Virus record (IMG/VR): IMGVR_UViG_3300042429_000720
Length of the DNA: 64,000 nt
Source of the DNA: an uncultured virus (IMG/VR IMGVR_UViG_3300042429_000720)
Lineage: Duplodnaviria > Heunggongvirae > Uroviricota > Caudoviricetes
Reading direction: 5' to 3' (one strand)
The notes below the pieces were generated by a model. That model was not told the DNA's origin, did not search any database, and saw only the letters and a program-made list of their open reading frames with translations. The position numbers and the translations under genes were made by a program. Shown piece by piece: positions 30,287 through 40,692 of this stretch (its first letter is position 1; the number at the start of each line of letters is the position of its first letter).

Positions 30287-31627
30287 ATGTTTTATATCGT
30301 CGAGAGTCAAGAGCAGTTTAACTACCTACAAGCCCTTGGTAGACAAGGTGGCTATGTCGAGATCGTTTCAGGTAACGACTACTACCATCCTATACTTAAT
30401 ACTGCTGTTTGTGTTTACGTACGCCCTAACCAACACGACTCCGGATACATTATTCCCGTAAATCATTCCGAAGGAATTAACGTACCTAAAGAACGCATAC
30501 AGCAGTTATTAAACTGCTTTACTACCCTATATACGTTTAATAAGAAGAACTTCTTATATCATTTCTCTCACGGTAATATCAACGATATTAACCTGATGTA
30601 CTCTATGGCAGAGTACGAGAGTTTGGAACTACCGAACCCTCCTCAGGTTATAAGCTGGTACTATAATCATTACAGGGATAAGCCCGACCTAAACTCTATC
30701 ATCCCTATCTCTAAATTATTTGAGAGATGTGAGAGAAATTACAGATCCCTAGAGGAAGTCATTACCGAGTATAGTTATATACTGGAGCTACCGGCCTGGG
30801 AGTTCTACAACCGGTTAACTACCGGAGTTTTTTATTTAGCTGAACAATCTGGAATTAGAATTATTTATGACAAATTTATTGAAAAGTTTACTCCTGCGAA
30901 TCCAAAATTTAGCATTTCAGATAACATTTGCTTTACTAGCTACAATCTGTATAATCCCACTAGCCGTCCTACTTCTGCCTTTAATAGTGTTAACTTCGCC
31001 GCGATCCCCAAAAAAGACGAGTACCGAAAATGCTTTATCCCGCGTAGTGGACGATTTGTAGAGTTTGACTTTGACGGCTACCACATCCGTCTGATTGCAG
31101 AGATTCTAGGATACGAGTTTACACCTGAAAGTGTTCATACCCAGCTAGGACGTCTGTACTTCAATAAAGAGGAATTAACCGAAGACGAATACCGTCAATC
31201 CAAGACCAATACCTTCCAGATCATGTACGGAGGTGTGCCGGACAAATGGCGTCATATCGAATTCTTTGATAGGGTATCTATTTACACTACCCAGTTATGG
31301 AAGGAGTTCCTTGAGAACGGAGTCGTATATGCTCCTATCTCCAAGAAGCCCTTTTATAGTACCCTAAAGGATATGAATCCTCAGAAACTTTTTAATTATG
31401 TCATCCAGAGCTTGGAAACTAGCCGGAACGTTCTTATATTAAAAGAGGTGCTAAAGTACCTCCAAGCCAAAAAAACAAAGGTTACGTTATATACTTATGA
31501 TGCTATCTTGTTTGACTTCTTCCTTGAGGACGGTAAAGAGACGTTAGAGAATCTAAAGAAAATCCTAGAACAGGGGGGAAAATATCCTGTTAAGTTTAAG
31601 TTTGGCAATAATCTAGTTTTAGACTAG
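30287..31627 (+). CDS. Short family A DNA polymerase-like protein
   Basis: Motif A EFDFDGYHIRLIA; motif B SKTNTFQIMYG; motif C-like YTYDAILFD. Confidence 0.75.
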   Translation: MFYIVESQEQFNYLQALGRQGGYVEIVSGNDYYHPILNTAVCVYVRPNQHDSGYIIPVNHSEGINVPKERIQQLLNCFTTLYTFNKKNFLYHFSHGNINDINLMYSMAEYESLELPNPPQVISWYYNHYRDKPDLNSIIPISKLFERCERNYRSLEEVITEYSYILELPAWEFYNRLTTGVFYLAEQSGIRIIYDKFIEKFTPANPKFSISDNICFTSYNLYNPTSRPTSAFNSVNFAAIPKKDEYRKCFIPRSGRFVEFDFDGYHIRLIAEILGYEFTPESVHTQLGRLYFNKEELTEDEYRQSKTNTFQIMYGGVPDKWRHIEFFDRVSIYTTQLWKEFLENGVVYAPISKKPFYSTLKDMNPQKLFNYVIQSLETSRNVLILKEVLKYLQAKKTKVTLYTYDAILFDFFLEDGKETLENLKKILEQGGKYPVKFKFGNNLVLD

Positions 31628-31642
31628 TAAATTATATTTATA

Positions 31643-32098
31643 ATGGAAGTTAAATTCCCACCTATATCCGGTTATGACTTCGTCAGTGAAACCTTAACCT
31701 GGAATGACGACATGAGTAATAAACTGTTCTGTACCTTTACCACAGAAGAACATCTTGAAGAACTAATCTCTACGATCAGTAAGAGGTATACTATTCTATA
31801 TAGCAAGATTTTTGTACTCCATGCAAAAAGCAACGATGAGTTTATTTGCACTTATAACGTTGACTTTAACAACGTTGCTAACTTTTTAGATAATACGATT
31901 TTGGTTCATCGTAAAAAAGAATCTAACACCCTTTACACTATCAACGCCCTTAACACGCTCATCAAAGAGCTGAATGACGGGTACCTTGACCCCAGCTACA
32001 AAGTAGACTGGAACGACTACCGCAACTGCATCTTGCTGACCCGCGGTAATGAACTAAAACGAATCAATACCAGACTCCACAAAATAGTTGAGCTGTAA
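31643..32098 (+). CDS. Hypothetical phage protein (true start may be downstream, e.g. MSNKLFCTF)
   Basis: ORF containing VHRKKESNTLYTINALN; late motif abuts the first ATG. Confidence 0.65.
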   Translation: MEVKFPPISGYDFVSETLTWNDDMSNKLFCTFTTEEHLEELISTISKRYTILYSKIFVLHAKSNDEFICTYNVDFNNVANFLDNTILVHRKKESNTLYTINALNTLIKELNDGYLDPSYKVDWNDYRNCILLTRGNELKRINTRLHKIVEL

Positions 32099-32163
32099 GT
32101 TGGATCGTAAAGGTTTTTTTCTTAAATTAGTTATGTAACAGTTATTAATCAGTTATTATTATT

Positions 32164-32985
32164 ATGGATTTATCCCTCATTAAACAAAAGATGTCCGCCA
32201 TGCAGAGTGGCGGTCGTCAAGAACGCGAAAAAGTAGACTACGAAAAGATCTTCTGGAAGCCGGCTTTCGGCAAGCACCAGATCCGAATCGTACCGGCTTT
32301 CGACAATCCAGCTTATCCTTTCAAGGAGCTGTATTTCCACTACGGTATTGGAAAATACCCAATGATTGCTCTTACCAATTTTGGAGAGCAAGATCCAATC
32401 GTTAACTTCGTAAATGAACTTCGTAAGACTTCCGACAAAGACAACTGGTCTCTGTCAGGAAAGATCTCCCCTAAGATGCGAGTTTTCGCACCAGTAGTAG
32501 TACGAGGTGAAGAAGACAAAGGAGTTCGTCTATGGAGCTTCGGTAAGGAGGTTTATAAGACTCTCTTACAGCTTGCAGAAGACGAGGAGATCGGTGACTA
32601 CACCGATGTTGTCAACGGATGGGATATGACTCTAGAGCTTACCCAAGGTAACCCTTACCCTTCGACATCAGTACGTATTCGTCCTAAGCAGACTCCTCTT
32701 TCTGATGATAGCTCAAAAGTAGAGTCATGGATTAAAAATCAGCCCGTAGCTGTTGATTCATTCTCTAAGTACGATTTTAACTTTATTAAAAAGCAGCTGG
32801 AAAGCTACTTATCAGGCGGAGAAGAGACTGCTGAAGAATCAGCACCAGCTCCTATCCAATCAGCTCCTGCTGCCGTCCAAGCACCTAAGCAGTCGTTTAC
32901 TCTTGAGAGTGTAGTCGCAGAGAAGAAAGACGCAGTAAGTCAGTTCGACGATCTGTTCAAGGATACTGACGACCTACCTTTCTAA
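32164..32985 (+). CDS. Single-stranded DNA-binding protein (gp32-like)
   Basis: FWKP...IRIVP, acidic C-terminal tail DDLPF; replication context. Confidence 0.8.
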   Translation: MDLSLIKQKMSAMQSGGRQEREKVDYEKIFWKPAFGKHQIRIVPAFDNPAYPFKELYFHYGIGKYPMIALTNFGEQDPIVNFVNELRKTSDKDNWSLSGKISPKMRVFAPVVVRGEEDKGVRLWSFGKEVYKTLLQLAEDEEIGDYTDVVNGWDMTLELTQGNPYPSTSVRIRPKQTPLSDDSSKVESWIKNQPVAVDSFSKYDFNFIKKQLESYLSGGEETAEESAPAPIQSAPAAVQAPKQSFTLESVVAEKKDAVSQFDDLFKDTDDLPF

Positions 32986-32987
32986 GG

Positions 32988-34076
32988 ATGGCTAAAAAAG
33001 GCATTTCTGAAGTCGCTCAAGCAGCGATCAAGAATAACTTCGACCTCGGGAAGTTTAAGAAGAACAAGGGACTAGCATCTGCTAGCGTTAAGTTCAAAGA
33101 GCAGAGATGGATTCCTCTATCTAAAGCTTTCCAGGACATCACTTCGATTCCTGGCATCCCTCAAGGTCACATCACGCTTTTGCGAGGTCATAGTGATACT
33201 GGAAAGACTACCGCTTTGCTAGAAGCTGCAGTAGCAGCCCAGAAGATGGGAGTACTTCCAGTATTCATTATCACGGAGATGAAGTGGAGCTGGGAGCATG
33301 CCCGGGAGATGGGTCTGCAGTTCCAAGAGGTTGTTGATAAGGACACCGGAGAGATCATTGACTTCGAAGGTTTCTTCCTTTACGTAGACCGAGGCAACAT
33401 CAATACTATCGAAGACGTATCAACGTTTATTCTCGATCTAATTGATGAGCAGAAGAAAGGAGAACTACCCCATAACCTTTTGTTCCTGTGGGATTCAATC
33501 GGTTCGGTACCATGTGAGCTATCAGTTCGTTCTAACAAGAACAACAACGAGTGGAATGCCGGCGCTATGAGCACCCAGTTCGGTAATAACGTCAACCAGA
33601 AAATCCTCCTATCTAGGAAGGAAGGTCAACCTTACACCAACACTCTAGTTGCTATCAACAAGGTTTGGACTATGAAACCCGGCATGCCGATGGAACAGCC
33701 CAAGCTTCAGAACAAGGGCGGTATGGCGATGTGGTATGATGCTACTTTGGTAATCACTTTTGGTAACATCACCAACTCCGGCACCAGCAAGATCAAGGCT
33801 ATCAAAGGAGGTAAGCAGGTAGAATTTGCCAAGCGTACTAAGATCCAGGTAGATAAGAACCACATCAACGGTATCACTACCCGAGGTGCGATCGTCATGA
33901 CTACTCACGGCTTCTTAGAAGACGAAAAAAAAGCAATCGATAATTATAAAAAGGAACATTCCGACTACTGGCTCACGACCCTCGGTTCAACCGATTTTGT
34001 GCTGGTAGAGGAAGGCAGTATGGAAGAGGACATCCGAGACATCGGAATAGAGTTCGGCCTTAACATGGAAGTGTAA
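32988..34076 (+). CDS. RecA/UvsX-like recombinase
   Basis: Walker A GHSDTGKT; Walker B WDSIGS; GG motif; KNH near the C-terminus. Confidence 0.85.
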   Translation: MAKKGISEVAQAAIKNNFDLGKFKKNKGLASASVKFKEQRWIPLSKAFQDITSIPGIPQGHITLLRGHSDTGKTTALLEAAVAAQKMGVLPVFIITEMKWSWEHAREMGLQFQEVVDKDTGEIIDFEGFFLYVDRGNINTIEDVSTFILDLIDEQKKGELPHNLLFLWDSIGSVPCELSVRSNKNNNEWNAGAMSTQFGNNVNQKILLSRKEGQPYTNTLVAINKVWTMKPGMPMEQPKLQNKGGMAMWYDATLVITFGNITNSGTSKIKAIKGGKQVEFAKRTKIQVDKNHINGITTRGAIVMTTHGFLEDEKKAIDNYKKEHSDYWLTTLGSTDFVLVEEGSMEEDIRDIGIEFGLNMEV

Positions 34077-35095
34077 TGGGTAAGTACGACGATATACTGG
34101 CTAAGATCCAGGTATCGGAACCCAGAAGACTTAATGATAACATCCTAGTTATCGACGCGATGAATACCTTTATAAGGAATTTCACGATGATTAATCTTAT
34201 GAATCCGCAAGGCTCCCATGTCGGGGGTCTTGTTGGGTTCCTTAAGAGCTTAGGATTTCTAGTTAGGACTTTTGATCCCACCCGGATTATAATTGTCTTT
34301 GACGGACCCGGCTCTACAGCCGCCCGGAAGCTAGTCAACTCAGACTATAAAGCCAACCGGAACCTTAGTCGGATCACCAACTGGGAGATGTACGACAACA
34401 AGGATCAGGAGTACGCTTCTATGTCCGCACAGATCGAGCGACTGGTCGAATACCTGCATATGCTACCGGTAGACCTGCTTGCGATCAACAAGGTAGAGGC
34501 TGATGACGTGATTGCTTTTATAGCTAAGGAATTTAGTCAGAGCAAGGTCACGATCGTATCTTCGGATAAGGACTTCATGCAGGTTGTCAATGATAACGTC
34601 CGGGTCCACTCCCCTATAAAGAAGAAAAACTACGGACCTGCAGAGGTGCTAGAGGAGCAGGGTGTTCTCCCAAGCAATTACTTGATTGTAAAATCATTGC
34701 TAGGAGATAATTCCGATAACCTACAAGGTGTTAAGGGGCTAGGAATAAAGGGTGTCCTCAAACATTTCCCGAACCTCGCCACTATCCCTAACACCGACCT
34801 AGACTATGTTTACGAGGTGTGTGAAGAGGGTGTGCAGAAGACTAAAATCCTTGCAAAGATCCTAGAACGTAAGCACGTAGTAGATCAAAACTACGGACTG
34901 ATGAATCTCATGGAGCCACAGTTGTCAGACACCCAGATTAGTATTATATTAGATGTCCTAGGATCGCCCTGCCAGCAGTTAAATGCAACAGCATTTATGT
35001 TAATGCTCCAGCAAGACAACATCCAACATGGGATTACGAAAAACACAGAAAGTTGGTTAGAAACCTTCAGATACATCTTAACAGTTAAAAAGTGA
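34076..35095 (+). CDS. 5'-3' exonuclease / flap endonuclease (RNase H-like, PolI N-terminal type)
   Basis: IDAMN, VFDG, YKANR, EADDVI, SSDKD, GDNSDNLQGVKGLG. Confidence 0.92.
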   Translation: MGKYDDILAKIQVSEPRRLNDNILVIDAMNTFIRNFTMINLMNPQGSHVGGLVGFLKSLGFLVRTFDPTRIIIVFDGPGSTAARKLVNSDYKANRNLSRITNWEMYDNKDQEYASMSAQIERLVEYLHMLPVDLLAINKVEADDVIAFIAKEFSQSKVTIVSSDKDFMQVVNDNVRVHSPIKKKNYGPAEVLEEQGVLPSNYLIVKSLLGDNSDNLQGVKGLGIKGVLKHFPNLATIPNTDLDYVYEVCEEGVQKTKILAKILERKHVVDQNYGLMNLMEPQLSDTQISIILDVLGSPCQQLNATAFMLMLQQDNIQHGITKNTESWLETFRYILTVKK

Positions 35096-36456
35096 CACTA
35101 CAAAAACTCAGTCAATACGGTAAAGGTTTTCAGATTAAAGTACTGGGTTCACTACTTACTGATAAAACATTCCTACTCAATGTTAGGGATACTATTATCG
35201 AAGAATACTTTGATGCTGATTCCCATAAATGGATCATCAAGAATACTTTATCGTATTTCGATAAGTACCATACTACTATCTCGCTAGATGTTCTAAGGAT
35301 CGAACTTCAGAAAGTTGAAAACGATGTCCTTAAGACTGCTATCAAGGAAGAGCTTCGAAACTCTTACCAAGCCTCCCAAGAAGACCTAAAGTACGTCCAG
35401 GAAGAGTTTAATACCTTCTGCAAAAATCAGAAGCTTAAGCAAGCACTTATGGATAGCGCCGATCTGCTTAATGCAGGTGACTACGACTCTATCCGAGGAA
35501 TGATTGAGGCTGCTTTAAAAGCAGGTATGGATAAAAATATCGGTCATGAGTACCTTAAGGATATCGAGAGCCGATACCGAGAAGACTACCGACCGACTGT
35601 CTCCACCCCCTGGGCTACCATCAACCAAGCCATACAAGGGGGGTGGGGACCCGGAGACCTCGCTATCATCTTCGGTAACCCGGGTGGCGGTAAATCTTGG
35701 ATGATGGTTGCTGCTGGTGCTCATGCAGTCCAGCAAGGCTTCAACGTCGTCTACTATACCCTAGAGCTAGGAGAAGACTATGTAGGTAAGAGGTTTGACT
35801 GCTACTTCACCGGCTACAGTATCGACGAAGTCAATAAGCATAGACCCGAAGTAGAGAAGATCGTTAATGGCTTGAAAGGAAAGCTTATAGTTAAGGAGTA
35901 TGCTCCTAAAGCAGCTACCGTTACTACTATCAAGTCCCATCTTCAGAAATGTACTGATATGGGTCATAAGCCTGATCTAGTGATAATCGACTACGTTGAC
36001 TATCTCCGAGCTCCCTCCCGGAAGTACGCTGAACGTAAAGACGAAATCGATGACGTATTTGTTGCCGTAAAAGGGTTGGCTAAGGAGCTAAAAATTCCTA
36101 TCTTAACACCATCACAGGTTAACAGAATGGGTGCTAAAGACGACGTTATTGAAGGCGATAAGGCTGCCGGATCTTACGACAAGATGATGGTTGCAGATAT
36201 TGCAATCTCGCTTTCACGTAAGAAAGAGGATAAGGTCAACGGTACCGGCCGGGTACATATCATGAAAAACCGCTACGGTATGGATGGTATGACTTACGGT
36301 GCTAAGGTCAACACCAATAACGGACACATCGACATCTCAGAAGATATACATCTCGAAGAAATGCCAACTGCCGCACCTACCTCAGTTAGCGGAGTTGATA
36401 CCCTGGACCGTAAACTTTTAGCAAATAAATTTTTCGAACTACAGGCAAAAATATAG
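35092..36456 (+). CDS. Replicative DnaB-like helicase
   Basis: GNPGGGKS, TLEL, IIDYVD, SQVNR, KNRYG. Confidence 0.92.
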   Translation: MTLQKLSQYGKGFQIKVLGSLLTDKTFLLNVRDTIIEEYFDADSHKWIIKNTLSYFDKYHTTISLDVLRIELQKVENDVLKTAIKEELRNSYQASQEDLKYVQEEFNTFCKNQKLKQALMDSADLLNAGDYDSIRGMIEAALKAGMDKNIGHEYLKDIESRYREDYRPTVSTPWATINQAIQGGWGPGDLAIIFGNPGGGKSWMMVAAGAHAVQQGFNVVYYTLELGEDYVGKRFDCYFTGYSIDEVNKHRPEVEKIVNGLKGKLIVKEYAPKAATVTTIKSHLQKCTDMGHKPDLVIIDYVDYLRAPSRKYAERKDEIDDVFVAVKGLAKELKIPILTPSQVNRMGAKDDVIEGDKAAGSYDKMMVADIAISLSRKKEDKVNGTGRVHIMKNRYGMDGMTYGAKVNTNNGHIDISEDIHLEEMPTAAPTSVSGVDTLDRKLLANKFFELQAKI

Positions 36457-36541
36457 CCCCGAGCCGTATTTATAACACACGGCCCGAGGGATGAACCCCG
36501 AGGGCTGTTTTTGTCTAACCATCTATCAAATATATAAAGAT

Positions 36542-37525
36542 ATGAGCATCCTTCAAGAGCGTATCGTCTACAAACCCTTCGAATATCCCCAGGCCTACGA
36601 GTACTGGTTAAAGCAACAGCAAGCCCACTGGCTGCACACCGAAGTACCCATTGCCAACGATATCACTGACTGGAAGTCAAACTTAAAGGATCACGAAAAG
36701 AATGTAATAGGAGGAATCCTAAAAGGCTTCGCCCAGACCGAGACTGTGGTAAACGATTACTGGACCGGACTTGTTACTAAGTGGTTCCGCAAGCCCGAGA
36801 TCATTATGATGGCAACTACGTTCGGATCATTCGAAACTATCCATGCCGAGGCTTACTCTCTATTAAACGAGGAGTTAGGTTTAGATAACTTTGCCGAATT
36901 TATGGAGGACGAAGCTACTAAGAATAAGATCGAATCGCTAATGAAAGTTCGTGATGGTCACAACGGAGCTATCGACTATACCGAAGTTGCAAGATCTTTA
37001 GCCATCTTCTCAGCATTCACCGAAGGAGTAAATCTATTCAGCTCTTTCGCCGTACTGCTTTCTTTTAAGATGAGAAACAAGCTAAAGGGTGTTGGTCAGA
37101 TCGTTGAATGGTCAGTACGTGATGAATCTCTTCATTCGGAAGCCGGGTGCTGGTTATTCCGTCAGCTGATCAAAGAGCATCCTGAGCTTAAGACTCCGGA
37201 GCTTGTTAGCGAGATCGAAAAAGCTGCTTTGATGGCTTTGGATCTAGAGTTTAAGTTTATCGATAAGATCTTTGAGATGGGTGATCTAGAGAACTTAAGC
37301 AAAGACGAGCTTAAGAACTTCATCAAGCACCGGGTAAATACCAAGATGGGTGACCTGGGATTAAAGCCTCTTATTCCTTCTTCAGAGATTGACAAGGGAG
37401 CACTGAAGACTATGAAGTGGTTTGATATGGTTATCGCCGGCAAGCAGCACACAGACTTCTTTGCTAGCAGAGTAACAAACTACTCAAAAGGTCATATGGA
37501 GTGGGATTCAAGCTCTATCTTCTAA
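36542..37525 (+). CDS. nrdB: Ribonucleotide reductase class Ia beta subunit
   Basis: ETIHAEAY, EGVNLFSSF, RDESLH, DFFA; start placed at the in-frame ATG 36542. Confidence 0.95.
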   Translation: MSILQERIVYKPFEYPQAYEYWLKQQQAHWLHTEVPIANDITDWKSNLKDHEKNVIGGILKGFAQTETVVNDYWTGLVTKWFRKPEIIMMATTFGSFETIHAEAYSLLNEELGLDNFAEFMEDEATKNKIESLMKVRDGHNGAIDYTEVARSLAIFSAFTEGVNLFSSFAVLLSFKMRNKLKGVGQIVEWSVRDESLHSEAGCWLFRQLIKEHPELKTPELVSEIEKAALMALDLEFKFIDKIFEMGDLENLSKDELKNFIKHRVNTKMGDLGLKPLIPSSEIDKGALKTMKWFDMVIAGKQHTDFFASRVTNYSKGHMEWDSSSIF

Positions 37526-37526
37526 G

Positions 37527-38048
37527 ATGGCTTCTCACAGTACTTTATTAGTTCCTTTAATTAAGGAGATGCTTGTCAAAGAAATTGGAGAAGCAAACAT
37601 TCAACCTCTGAAGTGGACTCAAGTAGCCCTAACTAGGTACAAATTCCTAGTAGATGTAGGTGACTTTACTGAAGTAGTAACGGTAGATTTCGACAAACTT
37701 ATAGAACCCGAGACTAAACAGTTTTACCTACCTCAGAAATACAGAGACCTAGAAGATGTATACAACGTAGGATATGCTGTATCGGGAACTGAACTTCAAC
37801 TAGCTAAATCTGATTTAAAGACTTTACTTACAATCTTATCAACAGTTGTAGATATCGTAAAGGACTTTCTAGATAAGAACGATGTAGACGGGTTATACAT
37901 AAGAGGTACAGCTAAGGATACAGACAGTAAAGATACTTCTCAAAAATCTAACCTGTATCAAGCTTTTATCAAAAAACAGTTGCAACAGATTATCGATTTC
38001 GGGTTTGATACTTACAGAAACGGTTTTATATTAGTTAAAAGAAAATAA
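37527..38048 (+). CDS. Hypothetical protein between nrdB and nrdA
   Basis: 173-aa ORF with no nuclease motif recognised. Confidence 0.6.
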   Translation: MASHSTLLVPLIKEMLVKEIGEANIQPLKWTQVALTRYKFLVDVGDFTEVVTVDFDKLIEPETKQFYLPQKYRDLEDVYNVGYAVSGTELQLAKSDLKTLLTILSTVVDIVKDFLDKNDVDGLYIRGTAKDTDSKDTSQKSNLYQAFIKKQLQQIIDFGFDTYRNGFILVKRK

Positions 38049-38049
38049 G

Positions 38050-39765
38050 ATGAATAATAGCATTTACGTAGACTCCTCTCAGTGGGAGGCAGGGAAGGAT
38101 TTTCCCGAATGGATGAACGATATGTCTCTAGCAACTATCTCGAAAGGATACTTGCTGCCAGGCGAAACCCCGAAGAAAGCCTACCAGCGTGTTGCTAACG
38201 CTGTAGCGGCTAGACTTAAGAGACCGGACCTAGCTCCGAAGTTCTTTAAATATATGTGGAAGGGATGGTTAAATCTAGCTTCTCCCGTGCTTTCAAACAC
38301 AGGAACAGAAAGAGGTCTACCTATCTCATGCTTTGGTATCGATACACCCGATAGCATTAGAGGAATCGGGCTTACAAATGCAGAGCTAATGCGACTCTCC
38401 TCACTGGGTGGTGGTGTAGGTATCGGATTATCTCGTGTTAGAGAAAGAGGAACACCTATCACCGGCAACGGCTACTCAGAAGGAATCGTGCCCTGGGCTA
38501 AAATCTACGATTCAACTATTATCGCCACTAACCAAGGAGCCGTTCGCAGAGGAGCTGCTTCGGTAAACCTAGACATTAATCATGGAGATATTAAAGAATT
38601 CCTCCAAATTAGGAGACCTAAAGGAGATCCCAACCGTCAATGTCTCAACCTACATCAATGCGTGGTTGTCGATGACGAGTTTATGCGCAAACTTGAAAGA
38701 CGAAACCCAGAAGCAGTCGAACTCTGGGTCGAAATCCTTAAGTCAAGAGTAGAGACGGGAGAACCTTATATCATGTTTAAGGATAATGTCAACAACGACA
38801 ATCCTACAGCCTACGTTAAGAACAACTTAGAGGTATCGATGACTAACATCTGTACCGAAATTACTCTTCATACCGATGAAGAACACTCGTTTATCTGCTG
38901 CTTATCTTCGGTAAACCTAGCCAAGTACGAGGAATGGAAAGATACAGACTTGATTGAGACTGCAATCTACTTCCTGGACGGAGTAATGGAAGAGTTTCTT
39001 CACAAGACCGACGGAAAGGATTCGCTGATCCGTTCACATCGTTCAGCTAAGAAAGGACGTGCAATCGGACTAGGGGTACTAGGCTGGCATACTTTCTTAC
39101 AGCAAAAAGGCTTACCATTCAACTCAATCGCTTCAACGGGCTGGACCAATACAATCTTCTCACAAATCAGAACTCAGGCCGAAGCAGCTTCGAGAAAATT
39201 AGCCATCGAATATGGAGAACCCGAATGGTGCAAAGGCACGGGAATGCGCAACACGCACCTGCTTGCGATTGCGCCGACTGTTTCTAATAGTACTATTTCC
39301 GGAGGTGTATCTGCTGGTATTGAGCCGATACCTGCCAACATTTATACGTTCAACAGCGGCAAGGGTACGTTCATTCGTAAGAACCCGGTGCTGGAAGCGT
39401 ACCTAGAGGAGAGAGGTCACAACACCGAAGAGGTATGGGATCAGATTATCAGAGATAGAGGTTCTGTAGCAGGTCTACCGGACGATATTATTTCAGCTTA
39501 CGATAAGGAGATCTTCTATACTTTTACCGAGATCAATCAGCTAGCATTAGTAGAGCAGGCTGCTATCCGTCAGAAGTATATTGACCAGACTCAATCACTG
39601 AATCTGTCATTCGATCCTACCGATTCTCCTAAGTTTATTAACCTGGTACACCAGACAGCTTGGAAGCTTGGCATCAAGACTCTTTACTACCTACGTACCG
39701 ACTCAGTTATTAACGGGGATATTGGTAGCCGTACTTCAGAAGATTGCCTTTCTTGTGACGGCTAG
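38050..39765 (+). CDS. nrdA: Ribonucleotide reductase class Ia alpha subunit (no ATP cone)
   Basis: SPVLSN, ISCF, GGGVG, TNICTEI, APTVSNS, KTLYY, C-terminal CLSCDG. Confidence 0.95.
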   Translation: MNNSIYVDSSQWEAGKDFPEWMNDMSLATISKGYLLPGETPKKAYQRVANAVAARLKRPDLAPKFFKYMWKGWLNLASPVLSNTGTERGLPISCFGIDTPDSIRGIGLTNAELMRLSSLGGGVGIGLSRVRERGTPITGNGYSEGIVPWAKIYDSTIIATNQGAVRRGAASVNLDINHGDIKEFLQIRRPKGDPNRQCLNLHQCVVVDDEFMRKLERRNPEAVELWVEILKSRVETGEPYIMFKDNVNNDNPTAYVKNNLEVSMTNICTEITLHTDEEHSFICCLSSVNLAKYEEWKDTDLIETAIYFLDGVMEEFLHKTDGKDSLIRSHRSAKKGRAIGLGVLGWHTFLQQKGLPFNSIASTGWTNTIFSQIRTQAEAASRKLAIEYGEPEWCKGTGMRNTHLLAIAPTVSNSTISGGVSAGIEPIPANIYTFNSGKGTFIRKNPVLEAYLEERGHNTEEVWDQIIRDRGSVAGLPDDIISAYDKEIFYTFTEINQLALVEQAAIRQKYIDQTQSLNLSFDPTDSPKFINLVHQTAWKLGIKTLYYLRTDSVINGDIGSRTSEDCLSCDG

Positions 39766-39789
39766 TCTATTTATAATAAATCTTTTCGT

Positions 39790-40158
39790 ATGAAATTAAG
39801 CGATATCATCCTAACAGAAGGAGTTAACCCTAGGGAATTAGACAAGTACATCGAAGAACTTGTAGAACTCCTTAAAGACGGTAAAGAAGTTCAAGTACCG
39901 GCCCCAGGCGGTTCCGTAAACGTCTTGAAGCAAGATAGAGTGCTACGAATGTTTCTATTCGATAGAATTAATACTTATGTAAAAGAAAAAGGCGATGCCC
40001 TTGCAGGTATTGAAGGAATCAAAACAGATTCTATGACAAAAGCACCTTACCTCGCTTTTAAACTTTCAGATAAAGAATTAGAAGCTCGAAAAGATCGCGA
40101 TCAGGGAATGCGAGATTACATAGCCGGCGAACGAGAAGCCGGACGCTCAATAGATTAA
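39790..40158 (+). CDS. Hypothetical protein (late-promoter motif upstream)
   Basis: 122-aa ORF starting MKLSDIILTE. Confidence 0.6.
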   Translation: MKLSDIILTEGVNPRELDKYIEELVELLKDGKEVQVPAPGGSVNVLKQDRVLRMFLFDRINTYVKEKGDALAGIEGIKTDSMTKAPYLAFKLSDKELEARKDRDQGMRDYIAGEREAGRSID

Positions 40159-40163
40159 AAGAG

Positions 40164-40186
40164 AAGGGCCTTGCGGCCCTTTTTTT
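40164..40186. terminator. Probable bidirectional intrinsic terminator
   Basis: AAGGGCC-TTGC-GGCCCTT followed by a T-run, between convergent genes. Confidence 0.85.
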
Positions 40187-40394
40187 ATTTCTGTTTATTC
40201 TGATCATTTAAAGCTACCATTTGAGCATATTGCTCTCTGGTAAGCTCCCTGGAAGTTACAATCACCACTTTATCATCATAGATGTAGGCGACACGGGTAT
40301 GGCTTGGCTTTTGAGTGCCAACTGAGACTGCTCGTGGGGTTGAACATGACACCATCAAGGTCAACCCTGAAAGGAAAAGGAGTACTTTTTTCAT
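40185..40394 (-). CDS. Small putative lipoprotein
   Basis: MKKVLLFLSGLTLMVSC lipoprotein-type signal peptide. Confidence 0.65.
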   Translation of the reverse strand: MKKVLLFLSGLTLMVSCSTPRAVSVGTQKPSHTRVAYIYDDKVVIVTSRELTREQYAQMVALNDQNKQK

Positions 40395-40438
40395 GGGTCT
40401 TAATATTATATTAATATATAGTTAAACTTCTCTTAAAC

Positions 40439-40690
40439 TTGGAGAAGTTGTATATTAAGTTTTTTCTTCTTATCTTTATCGAAATAAAAATGGTTATGAC
40501 TAGAAAAGAACTTTTAGAGTACACCCGATCTGAAAAGCTTGATAAGCTCTTCATACTGGCAAGTCAAATGGATACTCTCGCTTTTAAGAGTGTTGAACAG
40601 CTTGAGAGCCTGATAGCTCAAAAGGCTGAACTAGAGCGAGAACTCGGTCGATTGGACGAGCGTCTGGCTAAGTTAAACGAAGAAAAATAA
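40439..40690 (+). CDS. Hypothetical coiled-coil protein (start likely about 40490)
   Basis: ORF following a promoter motif. Confidence 0.5.
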   Translation: MEKLYIKFFLLIFIEIKMVMTRKELLEYTRSEKLDKLFILASQMDTLAFKSVEQLESLIAQKAELERELGRLDERLAKLNEEK

Positions 40691-40692
40691 TC

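Noticed and set aside
37527..38048. Homing endonuclease or intron between nrdB and nrdA
   Set aside because: No HNH, GIY-YIG or LAGLIDADG motif; both nrd genes are intact and uninterrupted
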